Assembly: GCA_028534125.1 (NCBI GenBank)
Contig: CM052818.1
Coordinates: forward strand, 21,888,001-21,952,000
From: Lama glama
Lineage: Eukaryota
Direction of reading: 5' to 3'
DNA length: 64,000 nucleotides
In this document: in pieces, positions 24,142-38,599 of the stretch
Numbering within the stretch: position 1 is the stretch's first letter
Layout: every line of letters starts with the position of its first letter
The notes under the pieces: generated by a model
The model's input: the letters and a program-made list of their open reading frames with translations, nothing else
The model's database searches: none
Told to the model about the DNA's origin: nothing
Program-made: the position numbers and the translations under genes

Positions 24142-24598
24142 ATGGAATACCATTCAGATATAAAAAGGAATAAAATAATGCCATTTGCAGCAACATGGAT
24201 GGATCTGGAGATCATCATTCTGAGTGACATAAGCCAGAAAGAGAAAGAAAAATACCATATGGTATCACTTGTATGTGGAATCTAAAGAAAAGGACACAAA
24301 TGAACTTATTTACAAAACAGAAACACGCTCACACACATAGGAAACAAACTTATAATTACCAGGGAGGTAATGAGGTGGGGAGGGATAAATTGGGGCTTCA
24401 GGATTTGCAGATACTAACTACTATATACAAAATAGATAAACAACAAGGTCCTACTGTATAGCACAGGGAACTATATTCAATATCTTGTAATAGTCTATAA
24501 TGAAAAGGAATATACATATATGTATAAATGGATCACTATGCTGTATACCAGAAATAAACACAGCATTCTAAATCAACTATATTTTAATTTTTAAAAAA
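23534..24598 (+). mobile_element. 5'-truncated, relatively young L1 inserted in an L2
   Basis: ORFs 23562-23951 and 23839-24285 are ORF2 C-terminus; 3'UTR and A tail present; imperfect TSD GAAAGATATCTTG / GAAATATATTTTG; internal (CA)n. Confidence 0.95.
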
Positions 24599-25939
24599 GA
24601 AATATATTTTGTAGGTAGAACATTCTGAATTTGAACTTGAATGTGGTGTTGGGGAGATGGGCAGTGGCTTAGTAGGAGGAGGTTACGATGCTTTCAGAAT
24701 CTCTGCAAAACTGGAAAATGGGTAGATAGCTCAGTCTAAAAATAAAAAGGCAATTGCAACATGAGGCTGAGAAAGTCTAGTAGAAATATTGCTAGTAAAT
24801 TTTAAAATCTTTTTTATCAGAAAAAAATTTAAACCTGTATTTGATTGAATTTCTGAAACTTAACAAATAAACTCACCATCGAATGTCATGAGAGTTTCCT
24901 AAAACCAGGTATTCTAACCTCCGGTTAAACACTGGTCCCAAACAGAACTCTTCTGTTTCAGGTATTGTCTGGTCATTCCTTCTGGCACTGTAGGGCACCT
25001 CAAAAGGGGGTCATTCTCCCTTTGATACCCATGGGGGAATTAAGGAGAAATTAATTCCCTGTCCTGGAGCAGACGTTTTCCTCCTGAACTATGTAAGAAC
25101 ACTGTTAACTCATTACAGAATCAGTCTACAGGTGTATAACATGAGCTAGGACCTTTTCAAATTTATTTTTATTAGTGGGTTATGCTTAAAGGTAAAAGGG
25201 TAAAATCCATTCATATTAGAAATACACATGCATTAAAGAGTTTCTTGGAAATAAAGGATATTGCATACAGAAGCTAGTAAGACTGTATTCACGTGATTAC
25301 CTAAGAAAAGAACGTTGTAATTTGTAGGTTGGGACCTGCCACGGTCACAGCCTCAGCAGTAGACAGGGACCAGATGAAGTGATGGTTATGGAGTAATAAC
25401 TGGCACTAAGAATAAAACAGACTCATAACTGGAAGGGTCTCAATTATACCTTTATGAGTCAGACTAGTCATTCTGGTTTGCCCATTATATAGCGATAGTA
25501 CCCGGTCAGGCTGGCACTCAAGGGAGATCCGTAACCTTGATCTTAGCAACTGAATGTTGTCTCAGGTTCATATTTGTTGAGAGAAAATGGTAGCTACTCC
25601 CTCTTTCTCAAGAACATTTCATTTGCTTTTGTGGAGAGAGAATTCTTGAAAATCAGGCTTGCCTACCACCTCCTCCTGCACCCCCATTCTCTTAGAAGCA
25701 GAACCGTAAAGGCCTGATGCTTGCCATCAAGGAGCTTATCATCTAGGGACATTAAAAGGTCAGGTACACAAAGTGCCAGGCAATACTGTGAAATCTAACC
25801 CCAGAATGATAAAAACTGGAAGCCCAGGAAGACTAGAGAGGAGAAAAGGATCACTCGGGTGATCAAAAAATTTTCATAGAGGATTAAAGCTGAGTCTTGA
25901 AAGTACACAATCTCTGCTTAGGTTGAATTCAGGTATCTG

Positions 25940-26490
25940 TTTATATTAGTTTCCTATTGCTGTGGAGCAAATCACTGCAAACTTAGCAGCTGGAAACAAC
26001 ATTCACTTACAAGCTCTTAGTTCTGTAGGGCAGAAGTCTGGGCAGGCGCAACTGGGCTCTCAGAGTATCACAAGGTCAAAATCAAAGTGTTCGTCGGGTG
26101 GGGCTCTTTTCTGAAGGCTCTTAGAAAGAATCTGCTTCCAACTTCTTTAGAGTTGTTGGCAGAATCTAGTGTCTGGCGGCTGGTTGTCATCCAGCGGCCA
26201 CTGTTTGCTCTTAGAGGCCACCCAGATTCCTTCTACATGGTCTCCTCCATCTTCAAAGTCAGCAATTGCACACTGAGTCCTTCTTACACTTCCAATCCCT
26301 GACTTTCTCTTCTGCATAGGCCAGAGAAAAAGGGCTGCTTTTAGAAGGCTCTCTATATCTTAAGGGCAACTAATCTAGGACTGTAATTGTAGCTGCAAAA
26401 TCTCTTTACAGCACTGCTCATATTAGTTTTGACCGAATAACCAGGGACAGGAATCTTGGGGTCTGTCTTTAGAATTCTACCTACCACGTG
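25940..26490 (-). mobile_element. MLT1 (F/G-like) MaLR LTR
   Basis: tattagtttcctattgctg...aaacttagcagct.gaaacaac...gttctgtagggcagaagtctg...ctttagaattctacctaccac. Confidence 0.8.
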
Positions 26491-27511
26491 GTTATTCTGT
26501 GAACCTACCTTAAGGTGTCTATCAATTCAATAATCTGTTGGCCACATATTAAGCACATTGTACCAGTTGCAGTCATACTAAGTGGAATTTTAATTTTGGC
26601 TTCAAAGATTTTTCAGGTGCTTAAACTTGAAGTCTACTCCAGGTTTGAAAAGGAAAATATTTTCAGTAAATAATTAAATATAACATAATTAAATAGTATT
26701 TCAAGATGTTTCAATGAAGACATGTAACAGCATTACTTGGGGAGCTTTTTAAGTTACACACACTACTTTCTGCTTCATTTACGCCTTTGGAGCTTTCTAT
26801 TTCTCGCATCCTCACCCCATTCAGAGAGAAACATCACCATGAGTCAATGTCATTCATGTCTTCATCTGTGATCTCCTCTCTTCCCCAAACATGCTTGTTC
26901 TCTTTTGCTTCTGGAACTTTCATGCCTTCCCATCCATTACACCTAGCAACATTTCACAAACACTTCAAGTGCTCCAATCCTGCCTTTTCCATGCCTTCTG
27001 ACTGTACTTACAATTTTTCCTGGGCAATCCGCTTGGCAATCAATAGTATTATTGGGCTATATCACTTCAATTTCAATCTTAGTTGTATACATACATACAA
27101 GCATACGCATTTTAAAAAGAATTTAAATGGCAGTGTCTTTTTTTTTTTAATATTACCCTCAAGGCATTCAGCACAGGAAAAGCACTGAAAAATATTTGTA
27201 GATGTTACTAAATTGCTCTAACTGGAAAAATCTGAGAGTTTCTCACAATTTACTGCTGTTGATATTATCTACCTAGTTGTAGATTCCCTAAATATTTTTT
27301 AAACTAGTAAGGATTTTAACCAAGAAGCAATAATCACCTGGTTGTGGCCCCATGTTTTCCGTTTGTGAATAGGCTTCCACATGAAGCTTGTCACAAGTGA
27401 GCAGGTGCCACTGGCAAAGCCCATTAATACCTGGGAAGTAAGAATAGAATCTAGGTAATAAAGTAAGTCTAACCATTCTTTTTTTCCCTTCGTACTTAGT
27501 CTAGTTTTACT

Positions 27512-27877
27512 TGTTCACAGGGTACCAGGTGCAGAGCCCATCCCTCAGCCCACGGACCGTGTGCAGAAGCGCTGCCCACAACACTCAATTCAAGACGGCA
27601 GCAGAGGGCAGGGTGACCTGGAGCTGGAGCAGCGCAGATGCGTTAGCCCCGCGAGAACTCCGCCCCCTCCCCACTGCCAGATCACTGAAAAGCAGCCCCG
27701 TCCATCACCTCTCCACAATAGCCTGTGCTCTAGGGTGAGGTTTCCCACCTCTCCATTCTTTGACCGAAGAATAAAGCTTGCCTTTGCTTCGCCCTGAACT
27801 TGGTCTCATTCTGTTCGCTCAGACGACATCAGGCCGGAGGATACTTGTTGGGGCCTGATTTGAAAGGGTTGATAAAA
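27512..27877 (+). mobile_element. CpG-retaining solo ERV LTR (probably lineage-specific)
   Basis: Starts with TG; sharp GC/CpG-rich block; AATAAA followed by gcttgcctttgcttcg...cttggtctc, typical of LTR R/U5. Confidence 0.65.
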
Positions 27878-30800
27878 CTGGTATTGATATTACCAAGCAA
27901 ATAATAATGTCCTGGAGCTGAGAGGCATTCTTTTCCTCTTTTCTAACTCTATTGAGATCTAATTGACACATAACATTGTTTAACTACAACTTGTTGATTT
28001 GTGAGCGCCATTCTTACTAATAACTTTCTAGCTTAGATCTTCTGTAACTATCCGTTTTCTTTCTCTCAGTTTATGTGATGAAAATAGTACCTGCTCATCA
28101 AAATCTTCTTCCACAGCAACGGAGTTGTGCCTGAAAGAAGCTGTTCAGTCTAGAAACACATTTCCCAGAAGCTCCCGCAGCCACATATGACCACGTGACT
28201 AATTTTTGCCAATAAAATAAGAGAAGTGATATGTGCTGTCCTGGGTGTCGCTCTTTCAGAAAGTGTTTACATGTTATTTCCCCATCCTTTAACTGAACAT
28301 AGAGAGACAGCAAGGCCCCAGGGAAGCAGTCTCAGATGCAGGAGCATGGGGCCATGATTCTCCTCGGGGAAGAGAGCTGCTGCTGACTCGGAATATTCAC
28401 CTTGTTTTAGGAGTGGTACACTTCAGCTGGAATTCAGCCATTGTATTGCAGGGACCATTTGTTTCAGCAGTTTAGCCTCCCATCACTAGCATAGTTCATT
28501 TTCATGTTTTTTTGAGTATCCAGCAGGTATGCAGTGTGGCTCCCAGAGCATACACTTCCTTAGAAATCACCCCAAGGAGAGGGAGCAAAGGGATCACTGA
28601 GGAAAGGCCACCCAGCTCTGACTCTGAGGAATAGCTCTTTTCATCATTGTAAAAAAATAAAACAAAAAACTATTTATAGTAATTGAAAGCAGAACTTCTA
28701 CTTAGCAATAGCCCTGAGGCAATGCGGTTTGGGTTTTGATCAGTTTGTGGCTTCAGGTCAAGGAGGCTTGCTGGATGGCCCATCTCTGCCTCATCAGAAA
28801 AAGTAGAAAGAAGCTAAACTCTCTTCTCCTTAAGACCAGAACAATGTCCTCTGTGTCAGTCTCCTCTAATTTAAATTCTTGTCAGGTGTGACATCTTCCT
28901 GGAAGGGTTTCCTGACCACCATCCTCTCCCCACCAATGCCAGGATGAGATGTCTCTTCTCTAAGCAGCCCCAGGACTCTGTAAATCTCTATCATTGCTCT
29001 CTCCACACTGATGCTGCTGTCTCCTCACGTCCCACTCTAGTTAGTCAGCCCCTTGAGTGCAGGGGACATTATGTTATTCACCTTTGTGGTCCCTCTACCT
29101 AGCACAGTGTCTGGCATACAACAGATGTCTCACACATGACTGCTGAATGAATGAATGAATTTAAGGGCCTCACTGGATGGTATTTCTCTTCTTATTCCCA
29201 TTGGAGACAACATCATAATAGTCATCACTGACATCATTTCCAAGCCCCCCTTGAAATCTTTATTTCTTATTTTTGTTACCATGCCTAATTACTCTCTACT
29301 TGTTGAGTTTTCCACTGTCTTTGCTTAGATCAGCCAGACCTATGTGTCTTCTTAAGCTATTCCCCTGAAAAAGCCTCTCTTGATTATAATTTTTCATATT
29401 CTCACTTCTTTATTACATCAGACACGTGTCAAGAGTTAGGACTGAGGAATAAAGAGAAGACCTGCACCAGAAGTCAGGAAACTTGGGTCTCTTTATCCCG
29501 TAAGGCCTCAGGAAAGTGTCCCCCCCAAAAGGCCACTGCAAAATGACAGTGAGTGAATTAGAAAAGAGTTTAAACCTTAAAACTACTCTTCAGACAAAAT
29601 GCTACCTAGAAATAATAACAAATTTTAAAACAGAGCTCAGTACGGGGCCTCTGAGAAGCAGTTCCAACACCACAAATCTAGATCATCTCAAAGGTCCCTT
29701 TCACCCTATAAAAGCCTGTGGTGCTATGTGAATTAATTGCCCTGAACTTTTTGTATGCAAATGATGTAATCTTTGGTAACTTCAAGTCTGTCTAATAATG
29801 AATGGTACTGGGTATTAGTTGTATTTAATAAAATTATCTTCTGTCAACACAGCATTTTACAGGGGTGTTTATAGAGGAAGCAGGACACTGTGATCACCAG
29901 CATGGACTTTGGAGTAAGAAAGAACTGAATTCAAATCCTGCCACCTCCAAGAACGAGCAGTGGGACTTGGGCAAGTTACTTAGTCTCTCTAAGCCTCAGT
30001 TTCTTCATCTGTAAAGGGCATGAGATCGCTTGCATGAACTGCTGTTAGAAGGATGAAATGGGATGTTGTAGAGAACAGTCAGCACCGGGCCTGACACATG
30101 CTACAGTCTCTCCAAAAATTAGCTATGGTTAATTCACATTATTTCATGTAATCCTCCCAGTGCTAGCGTTACTACTATTCTTATTTACAGAAAAAGTTGA
30201 GACTCAAGGCAGTGAAGTGACTCCCCAAAATTCACACAGTGAGAGCTCCTTCCATCATTCGACTCAGACTTTCCATGAGAGAAAGAACCAAGACAAACTT
30301 GGAGGGAAGGGTCCAGGTCGGGGCCACTGGAACACCTGTCAACCACCTGGCAATAACCCCCAGACAAGGTAGGCGTGGAGAGGAGGATTCCAGAGACAAA
30401 TTTTACCAGCTTACAATAGTGTGTGACACTGAGGCATTGTCTAAGTAGGGCGCAAACCAGGATGTAAGGATGATCTCTCCACCCACACAACTCCCTGCTC
30501 AACGGCAGGGGTGGGGTTTCTCCTCCGCCCAGCACAGGCTTCCTCACGTGCTCACTGAATATTTGCTAAGTGGCCTGGTGTAATAAAGCTGCTTTTTTTT
30601 TATTCCCATCTCCCCTCTCTTAATTTGGAAGACCTTCCTTGTCCTTAAAATCATCAGGGATAAAGAACTTTGCTTCTTCCTTCCTTAAAAAAAAAAAAAA
30701 AAAAAAAAGAAGCAGCAGCAGGGGGGTGGGGAGAATCCCCTCTGACAATTCAATTTTGTATAAAGTAACTGATCGAGCCTGACAATCACTCCATTAAGTA

Positions 30801-33800
30801 TACTTTAAACAGCAGCTCTGGCCTCCCCTCCTTTCTCCTCCTCCTCCTTCCTACACTGAAGTCATGGTGCCTAATTTAGTCCACCATCATAATTTCTACC
30901 CACAGCAAGCTGATATCATTGCAAGCAAGCACAGCTCCAGACTTACTCGAAGACAGAGACAGAGACCCAAGAAAGAAAATTAAGGCTCATATTCATTCCT
31001 TCCTCCTTTCCCTGCCCAGTCACTTATTGTCTTAATGGAGCCTGTTCTTTAAAAAAAACAAAAAACAAAAAACAAAAAACTATTGTTCAGAAGTGCAGGT
31101 TTCTTTCTTGCTCCCGCTAAGAGATTCCTGTATTTGTTTTCATTTTAAAGAAAATTAGAAAAACAAATGACCAGAAGGGGTAAGTAGCCACAGAATGGCC
31201 TGTCCTCATTACTTGTGTGAAATCCCCACTGCATCACAGGGACAGCATGTTCAATCAATAGAGACTTGAGCTGTTAATTTCCAAAAGGAAGAGATACTTG
31301 AACTAAAATAATCTGTGCCGACTCCATACCCGGAGGGAACGGAAGCCCCTTTAGTTTCAGGTCTTTCTACAATTAGGTAAGTTCCAGGAAGACCAGGAAC
31401 CACTCTACAAAATTTCCTGTCTTTTTGTAGGGGAAGGAGGAACACTTTGTTGACACGAAAGCTTTACTTTTGCACAGCACTGATTTTACAATAAGGTGAT
31501 AAGAGGAATAGGTGTGCATACAGGTGTATGCAGGTGAAGGGTGGTGGGGTGGGGTGGGGCTGGGGACTTCCCTGAGCTATGAGTCTGCCTCAAAGTAGAG
31601 GAGACAAGAGGGCACTTTTACTTCTTACTGATCCGTGGCCATCTTTTTTTATTCTCTTCCAGGCAGAGGCGGAGACGGAGACTGCTTGAATTGGATAGAC
31701 TCATGATCAGTAACTTTTGATCAGATTTGCATGATCAAATACTTGCAGGATCTAGTGAGGACCAGGGTGATAAAATAGAGGGCAGCTTTTACCAGAAGTC
31801 ACTTCATGATGTCATTTCTTGGTGGGTCTACTTGTCAACTGTAATACATGTCACCATCCTTCTTACCTTTCCCTACGCAGATTGTGGAAATCCACAGAGC
31901 GGGGAACTAGGCATGTTTCAAATAAATGTCAGTTGATTATAATTTTTCATGAGTTTCTCCCTTCTTTTTTTCTCATTCTTGTTTATGACCTCTTCAAACT
32001 AAGAGTGCTCTGCAGCTGGATGGGGGTTTATTTCTTATCTAAAAAAAAAAATTCCTTACATTCTTAGAATGGCCGTGAGTTCTAGGCTGCCATCTCTGAG
32101 CTGTTTCCCTAGAGAAGCGAACAGCAGCTTCCACTGACTTCCCCTGAGCTGCCTGAGTGGATATAAAGGAAAAGAAGGTGTATCTTCATCCCATCACCTT
32201 CCAAAGACCTCCTTCTCCCCAAGAGCAGCTAGTCTCCTCTGGTGAGGTGCTGGAGAGGCAGATCAGAAAGGTATGTCCATCAGCTTCATTTTTCTCTACC
32301 CTTGTCTTTACCTGCTTCCCACCACTTGGTCTGTGAATGGGCCCGCTCTGGTGTTGAGCTAGTCCTCACCAGGGCAGGTAAGAGAAGCAGTCACCCTCCA
32401 CTGTCCATTCCCTCAGTGATGCTCAGAGGAACAGTCTGGGGTCTAGGAGCAAACTTCGTCCCTACACGGCCCGTGCGGTGTGGCAACTCCTCCCTTCTGG
32501 AGTGCTGATTCCCAGCCTTCCCTGCCTCAGAATTCTCTGACGAGCTTTTAAAAATACCCAGTCCTGGCTCGACTTTAGAGGACCCAAGAGAAACTTCTGG
32601 AGGTGGGGACCAGGCAAGTGTGTTTTCAAAGCCCCAGAGTGAGACAGAGGCGTGCTTCCTACTGTCCAATGCCAGTTTCGGGCCCTTGTTGAGTCTGCCC
32701 CTTGGAGCCGGTCCTTTAGTAATGGCCCCATCAGAGCCAAATCTGCAGGCAATCTCACTGAGACCTCCCCGTCCACTTCCGGCCTCCCTTATCTTGCTCT
32801 CCATCAGCCCTTGATGTCACCTTCCTCCTGCTCAGTTAGCACTTCCTCTCCCGACAAAGTCAGCTCTGCTGTATCTCTGCCAAGATGGCCAAGGCCATGG
32901 TGACGCACAGAGACTCTCTCACAACTGACCACAGTCCCATAAGCCTGTTTGGAGCTTCTCTTTCTTCATCCAACATTTATTGAGCATCCGCAATGTGTCA
33001 GGCTCAATGCTAAGTGCTTGGTATTATTACCACATTTAATCCTCACAACAATTTATCAAGAAGTATCATTATTTTTATAGCTAATGAGACAGAGATCCTG
33101 AAATGATAAAAATCTTGCCCAGGGTGTCTTAGCTCCACGTTTGGTTTCAAACCCAGGTCTGGCTGATTCCAAAGCCCACAGTCTCCACATTGCCATGCTG
33201 CTCCTCACTGAAAAAGACCTAGTCTCTGCCTGGAAGTGTTCACAGTCTAGTCAGGAAAGCATACAGTGAAGACAAGCATGAGGGTGGGAGACTTGGGCTG
33301 TGGGAGCATGTGTGAGGGGCACCTACCCAAAAAAGGGAGAACTCAAGAAGATGGTACTTTGAATTGAACCCTAAAAGATGAGTCAAAGTTATTCAGATGA
33401 AGAGCATTGAGAACCCCTTGTACACAACTGTGGAGTCCAGAGAAATCAAGGCTTCCTTAGGGACCTGCAAGTTCAATATGGCTGGAGGATGATGTGGAGG
33501 ACAGGGCAAGAGATGAAGATGGCCAGGCTGGCAAGGCAGGTCATAAGCCTTTAAGTCATGTTAGTAAGTTTCACACTTTATCCTGAGGACAATGGGTACC
33601 AGTGAAGGATATTAGGCAAAAGAGAGATAAAAATCAAAGTTGCATTTTGGGGGAAGGATTGACAAAGGACATTAAGAGATTATAGTACAAATTCTCGTGA
33701 GAGGTAATGATGACCAGAACAAAGATATTAGCAGTGAAATGGCAAGGAGAGAAGAAAGTTAGGAGCCATTCAGAAGGCAGATGCAAGACTGATGAAAGAG

Positions 33801-36800
33801 TAAATATGGTGGATGAGAAGAAGGAAGAGTCAAGAATGAGTCCCTTCCTTGAGATAAAGAATATAGGAAGAGGAGCAGGTTGGGGAAAGCCAGTGAGTTT
33901 TTTTGGATATGTAAGTGGAGAGGTCTAATAGGCTGCTGAATATGAAGGTCAGGAGTCTAGGTAAGGGGTATAGACTAGAGACCTAAAACAGGAAGTCATA
34001 AAGGTGGTCATTGATGTAATTAGGTGCCCAGACAGAGTGGGCAGGGCAAGGAGGGCTGCATTGGCAATGACCACTAGAAGGGATCCCACCTTCCATCTAG
34101 AACTTGACTGTTATTTTGATCTCTGGACTGCTTATTCACAGCCCTGACACCCTGCCTTCTTGCCACTTTCTTTCCCTGGAAGAAAACATTCTCTTCTTTG
34201 TGGCCACATCCATTTGCTGATACCTTCTGTGAATGTTCAGCTCTTCCAGAACCACATCTCTGTAGGAATTATCCTGGTGATTGCTGCTGCCTGGAATCTC
34301 TCCACACCACACACCATCCAATAGGACATTATAGTACTACTGTTTGCCCAAGCTTTCTTTTCCCTTCGGGCACATTGTCTTGAATAGACGAAGCACCTTG
34401 TGGGGTCAGCCTCTGGAATCAGGTTAGTTCCTTCCAGCCCAGATCCCATACCTTAAGTAGGCAGAGCCTCCCTGTTTACTGTCCTTCCCTTTTGGCTCAG
34501 GGCTGTGACCTGATCCACCGCATCTCAGTCCACAGCCCCTGGAACAGGAATGCAGGCCCCTTAAGATACTCAGACTGAGGAGGAAGCTGATGAAGCCTGC
34601 AGTGGGGTGGGATTCCTCAGTCTATCCAGCTGCATGGGGCACAGGAAGAGGAAACACAGCAGAGGCAGACAGAATGGAAAAGTCAAACACCAGAATTTGC
34701 TCCCAAAGGAGACTGGCTGTCGAACACCTTAAATTAGAAGTCTCAAAAAAATGTGTTAGGGATCCCTGTTGCCCTGGCTGGCTTTGGGTGTGGTTCTTTC
34801 CAATGGAGGATGATTGGTAGAGTTTTTCCAGCCCTACAATTCTACTTGTGATGAGGTAGAATTAGAGCTGAAATGTGAGTTCATAAATTGCCTAGTTGGT
34901 GAATAATAGAGTTTAAATTTCCTCCAAAAAAGTTAAATATGAAATCATATTAAAATTCATAGCCATCTGCCTACAGTGATCTAATTTGAAAATTGAGTAC
35001 AATTAATTTTTAATCTTAGGTCAGCTTTCCCACTGCCACCTGTCCCTGTCTTCACCACCTTCCTCATCAGACAGTCAGTGTGCACTCAGAGAACTCGAGA
35101 CTATTTTAAATATTAACTGGAGCCACACGTACCTAGGAAGACGAATACACACACACACACACACTCACACACCCCTTCTCTTCTTCCACCCATTATTACT
35201 AGTATAGTAGCTCATATATTTCTAAATGTAGTTCTGGTTAAAAATAAATTCTGGAAACTAGGAAGGTGGGATGTGTCTGCCTCCACAAAAATCCCTTTGT
35301 TCTCTGTTGAGAAGTGAGCAGAGATACAGAAGCAGAAAGCCAAGGCTGTACATGAGGAAAAGATACTGCCCCAGTGTTTCAGCATCTAAAACAGCATCTT
35401 TCTGTTAGAAGCAGGGTCATCGGGTTTAGGGAGAGATCCAGATGCTTCAAGGCTTTATAGCATATACTGCTTGACTTCCTTCCACAGCTGCTCAGTTTGG
35501 GATATAAAGGAATTCCAGAAGAAAGGTACAGGAATAGACACAGGCATGGTAGGCTCAGGCCAGTTATCACCAGGAAGCTGACATGATCAAGCATCCTCTG
35601 AGAGCAGGCAGACCAGGATTGAATTAGCTAAGTCAGGAAGCTGCTATCAGCATCTGGAGAGGCCAGTAAACTTTGGGAAAGCTCTTCTGATGGAGAGCCT
35701 CTGCTTACTGAAAGAGGTCTTTTTTCTGGATGAATTGAGCCATATATATTTGTAATGATGTTTGCTCTCCTCAACACTGGAGTTCTCATCTCTTGTGACA
35801 GACCACTCATCCTTGGGGACAAGAATATCAGGGTTCCATGTACCAGTAACAGCACAGACCCTTATAGAGATGACTAGGAACAGGGCCATTGATCTTGGGG
35901 ATATGATAGACTGTGTTCAGTGACAGCAGAAGTCAAAAGAAGGTTGTTATTTGTTCCATGCTATTCTGAATAAACCCCTGGATTGTTCGAAGTCCAGGAT
36001 TACTCGAATAGGCAACCTAAAGGTCCTGGATCCAAAGGGCAGCTAGCAACAGCATAAAGCCAAAAAGGAGGAAACAGGTCCTAGAGGCAACCATCTGTGA
36101 ATGCTGCCAACCGGTAGTTTTAAAAGCTACTGAATTTGCGTTCACCTGTGTTGGAACCAGTATTACCCCTGGGACCTTCTGGAAAAACCAGTGTTGGCTA
36201 TTTAATAACTGATCTAAGATATGCTTAGAAACTACAGTGATGAGGGTTCAAATATTTACTTTTACATGGCTCCCAGCAAGAAGCCACAGAATGTGAGCTG
36301 GAGCTAGGTTCTTAAATGGAAATAAAAATCTCTGATTGAAGAATGATCCATTTGGGGAAAATAAAGCTGATGATGGGAAATGGTCTGTGCCTGTAGGTTT
36401 CAGTCTCTTTCCAGTGAGTCATGAGGTCTAGGGCATTCCAAGGCTGAAAACTCAGAATGTTGGCTAAACTTGGCCTCTATAAAAAGAAATTAGGTCACGA
36501 GTACAATACTTTTGACCAAAGGTACTGTAAAGAAAGAAAGTTAAACTAGTCACTAGTGAAAAACCAAAGCTATTCTTAACATCAGGAAAAACAAAAAGTA
36601 ACAAAGAAAAAGAATAGTAAATTATAATGTTCTGCTTTCCTTGCATGTGTATAATGATGTAAACACCAAATACTAACTTGACCAAAAATTATAATACAAT
36701 TATGTAGGGGAGGCTAGGGAGGTAAAACAGAGGGGATAGCTGAAAAGAGTGCTAAATCCTCATTTACCATAACAGGAAGTTAGTACATTTTAAATCGTTG

Positions 36801-37597
36801 AACCAAAAGAGAATAGCACATGCATATTATTTAAAATATAGTAATGTGTGAATGCCAGAAGAAATAAGACTGAGAGGAGTGGGAAGGAACGAGGAAGGAA
36901 ACTGTTCAATTTCATTAGTCTTTTAAAGCTACTTGATTTTTAGAATTATGTGCATGTGTTCTTTAAAACAATTTATAAGTGGTCTTTCTCCAAAAGGACC
37001 AGACAGAACAGAATATCTTTACAGTGCAAAGTATGTTGACAAAGCAAATTAACTTCAAGCTCTAAATGTGGTGGATAAATTAGGAAAGAGGAAGTAAGAG
37101 TAAGGCCCGTGGGGCTCGTCACAATTTGTTTAATCATAAGAGTATTTAATTTGTATCTAGATCTTGCATGATTTTAAACCTTGTTATTGCTTACATATTA
37201 TACAATTTATAGTAGAATTAATTAAAACTTCCTTTAAAAAGAGGTAGTTTGCAGACAGGAACATACAGAGAGGACCATGTACCTACTTTTTAATTGTCCA
37301 CAGAGGAAGAATAACTAACCAGTGGGCCTGTGCATCCATAAACATCACTGTTATTCATCAAGGGCCAGCTACCTGAAGAGCAAGCATATGGACCAGGAAG
37401 AATTAATCATCTTCCATAAGCCATGAGACTGATTGCCATGGAGTTAATCTGTTTCTTTATTCCTCGCTGTCTTTTGGAAACACTAAGTATAAAGAAATCT
37501 GCCCAAATGTATCTTTTGGTGGCAGATAACACCATGTAAGTAAAGATGCTGTCACCTTGAATGGATAACAAGTGTTGAGCAGATCTTCACCCTTTAA

Positions 37598-37760
37598 TAC
37601 AGGGTGTCAGCCTCAGCATCATCAATATTTTGGATCAGATAGTTCTTTGTTGTGGGGGTCTAAACTGTGCATTGCAGGATGTTCAGCAATATCCCTGGCC
37701 TCACACACTAGATGCCAGTAGCATCCCACCTCCTCAGTTGTGACAACCAGAAATGTCTAC
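37598..37760. mobile_element. MER20 fragment
   Basis: ttctttgttgtggggg...tgtgcattgcaggatgttcagcaatatccctggcctc...agatgccagtagc...gttgtgacaaccagaaatgtct. Confidence 0.85.
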
Positions 37761-38599
37761 AGTAGGTCATCCATGATTTTGGTTTAATCTATATTATTAA
37801 CTAGGCAAAGAACATCTAAATAGTGATTAAAATTTATTATACCACTTTGCATCTGATAACAGACATGGGAAGTGAGAAGTTTCTCCCTAAAGTATAATTA
37901 GGCTATGTAAATTACCTAAGTATTTTAAAATCTGGAATAAAACTGAAAATGGAAAGAATCCCATCATGACATTCTGACACGCTGGTTAGATCTTTTTCCG
38001 GGCAGGGGAACATTGGTCCCAACATCTTCATAATCTCTGTTTCAACTGAGTTTGCTTCAGCCTTCAAGAAACCTGGGGCAGAACCCATAGGAGTTTTCAG
38101 CAGGCAAAAGGCACTCTAGTGAGGGTTCCCTGGCCAGAATGAGGAGGGCTGAATCTGGGACATAAATAGCTGCTTCATCATCATAAGCCTCCTGTCCAAG
38201 AGAAGACTTTCATGAGAACTCGGGCTCATTGTGTGAAAATTCAGATGCCTGAACTATAATTAGCTTGATTAGTCAACATTTTAATTCATAGGATTCTGGC
38301 TTTGATGTGCTCCTTTCTCACAGAATCAAAGCTAATAATTCTGGAATCGTAATCGGGAGCTGAGTGCCAGCTTGAAGCTTGCGGAGCTCCCTCACCTCCT
38401 TGGCAAGCCCTGCTTCCAGGACTGCTGCTTCCTGGCCATGAATGAACCTGGCTCAGGAACCTCTGCCTTGCCCTTTACCTCCTTGCTTCAGAGGACATTC
38501 CCTGAATACCTCCTCTCTGTAAGTCAAGATCGCCAGCATTTAGGTTCTAAATTTGCAGTGGTTGACATTACATAATGATGTCAGTACCTCCAAAGCCTG

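Larger units (their letters stand above)
19337..30368 (+). pseudogene. Further decayed exon candidates: 19337-19398, 21567-21693, 22372-22539, 24962-25092, 25328-25530, 28706-28802, 30240-30368
   Basis: AG/GT bounded (|GTAAAC, |GTAAGG, |GTAAGA, |GTAGGC). The first five chain in phase 1-0, 0-1, 1-1, 1-0, 0-2. Readings include SDYRQSS*LLPTIILPGRDSPLGSFESILSTNEKLG, HHQEEIKSSESQEFLSTKGQSISDSHQNH, and IALRQCGLGFDQFVASGQGGLLDGPSLPHQK. Confidence 0.45.

Noticed and set aside
31240..31430. Minus-strand KDLKLKGLPFPP resembling a KIF16B-type PX domain
   Set aside because: Lacks the RRY motif and correct spacing; no kinesin motor motifs found elsewhere; the + strand has the canonical splice sites.
32391..32804. 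137-aa minus-strand ORF, and similar minus ORFs at 34136-34321, 39403-39897, 60698-60883 and 61101-61319, as a minus-strand gene
   Set aside because: No recognisable domain or consistent splice/phase chain on the minus strand. They overlap + strand exon candidates with better splice sites and are best explained as antisense shadows or chance.
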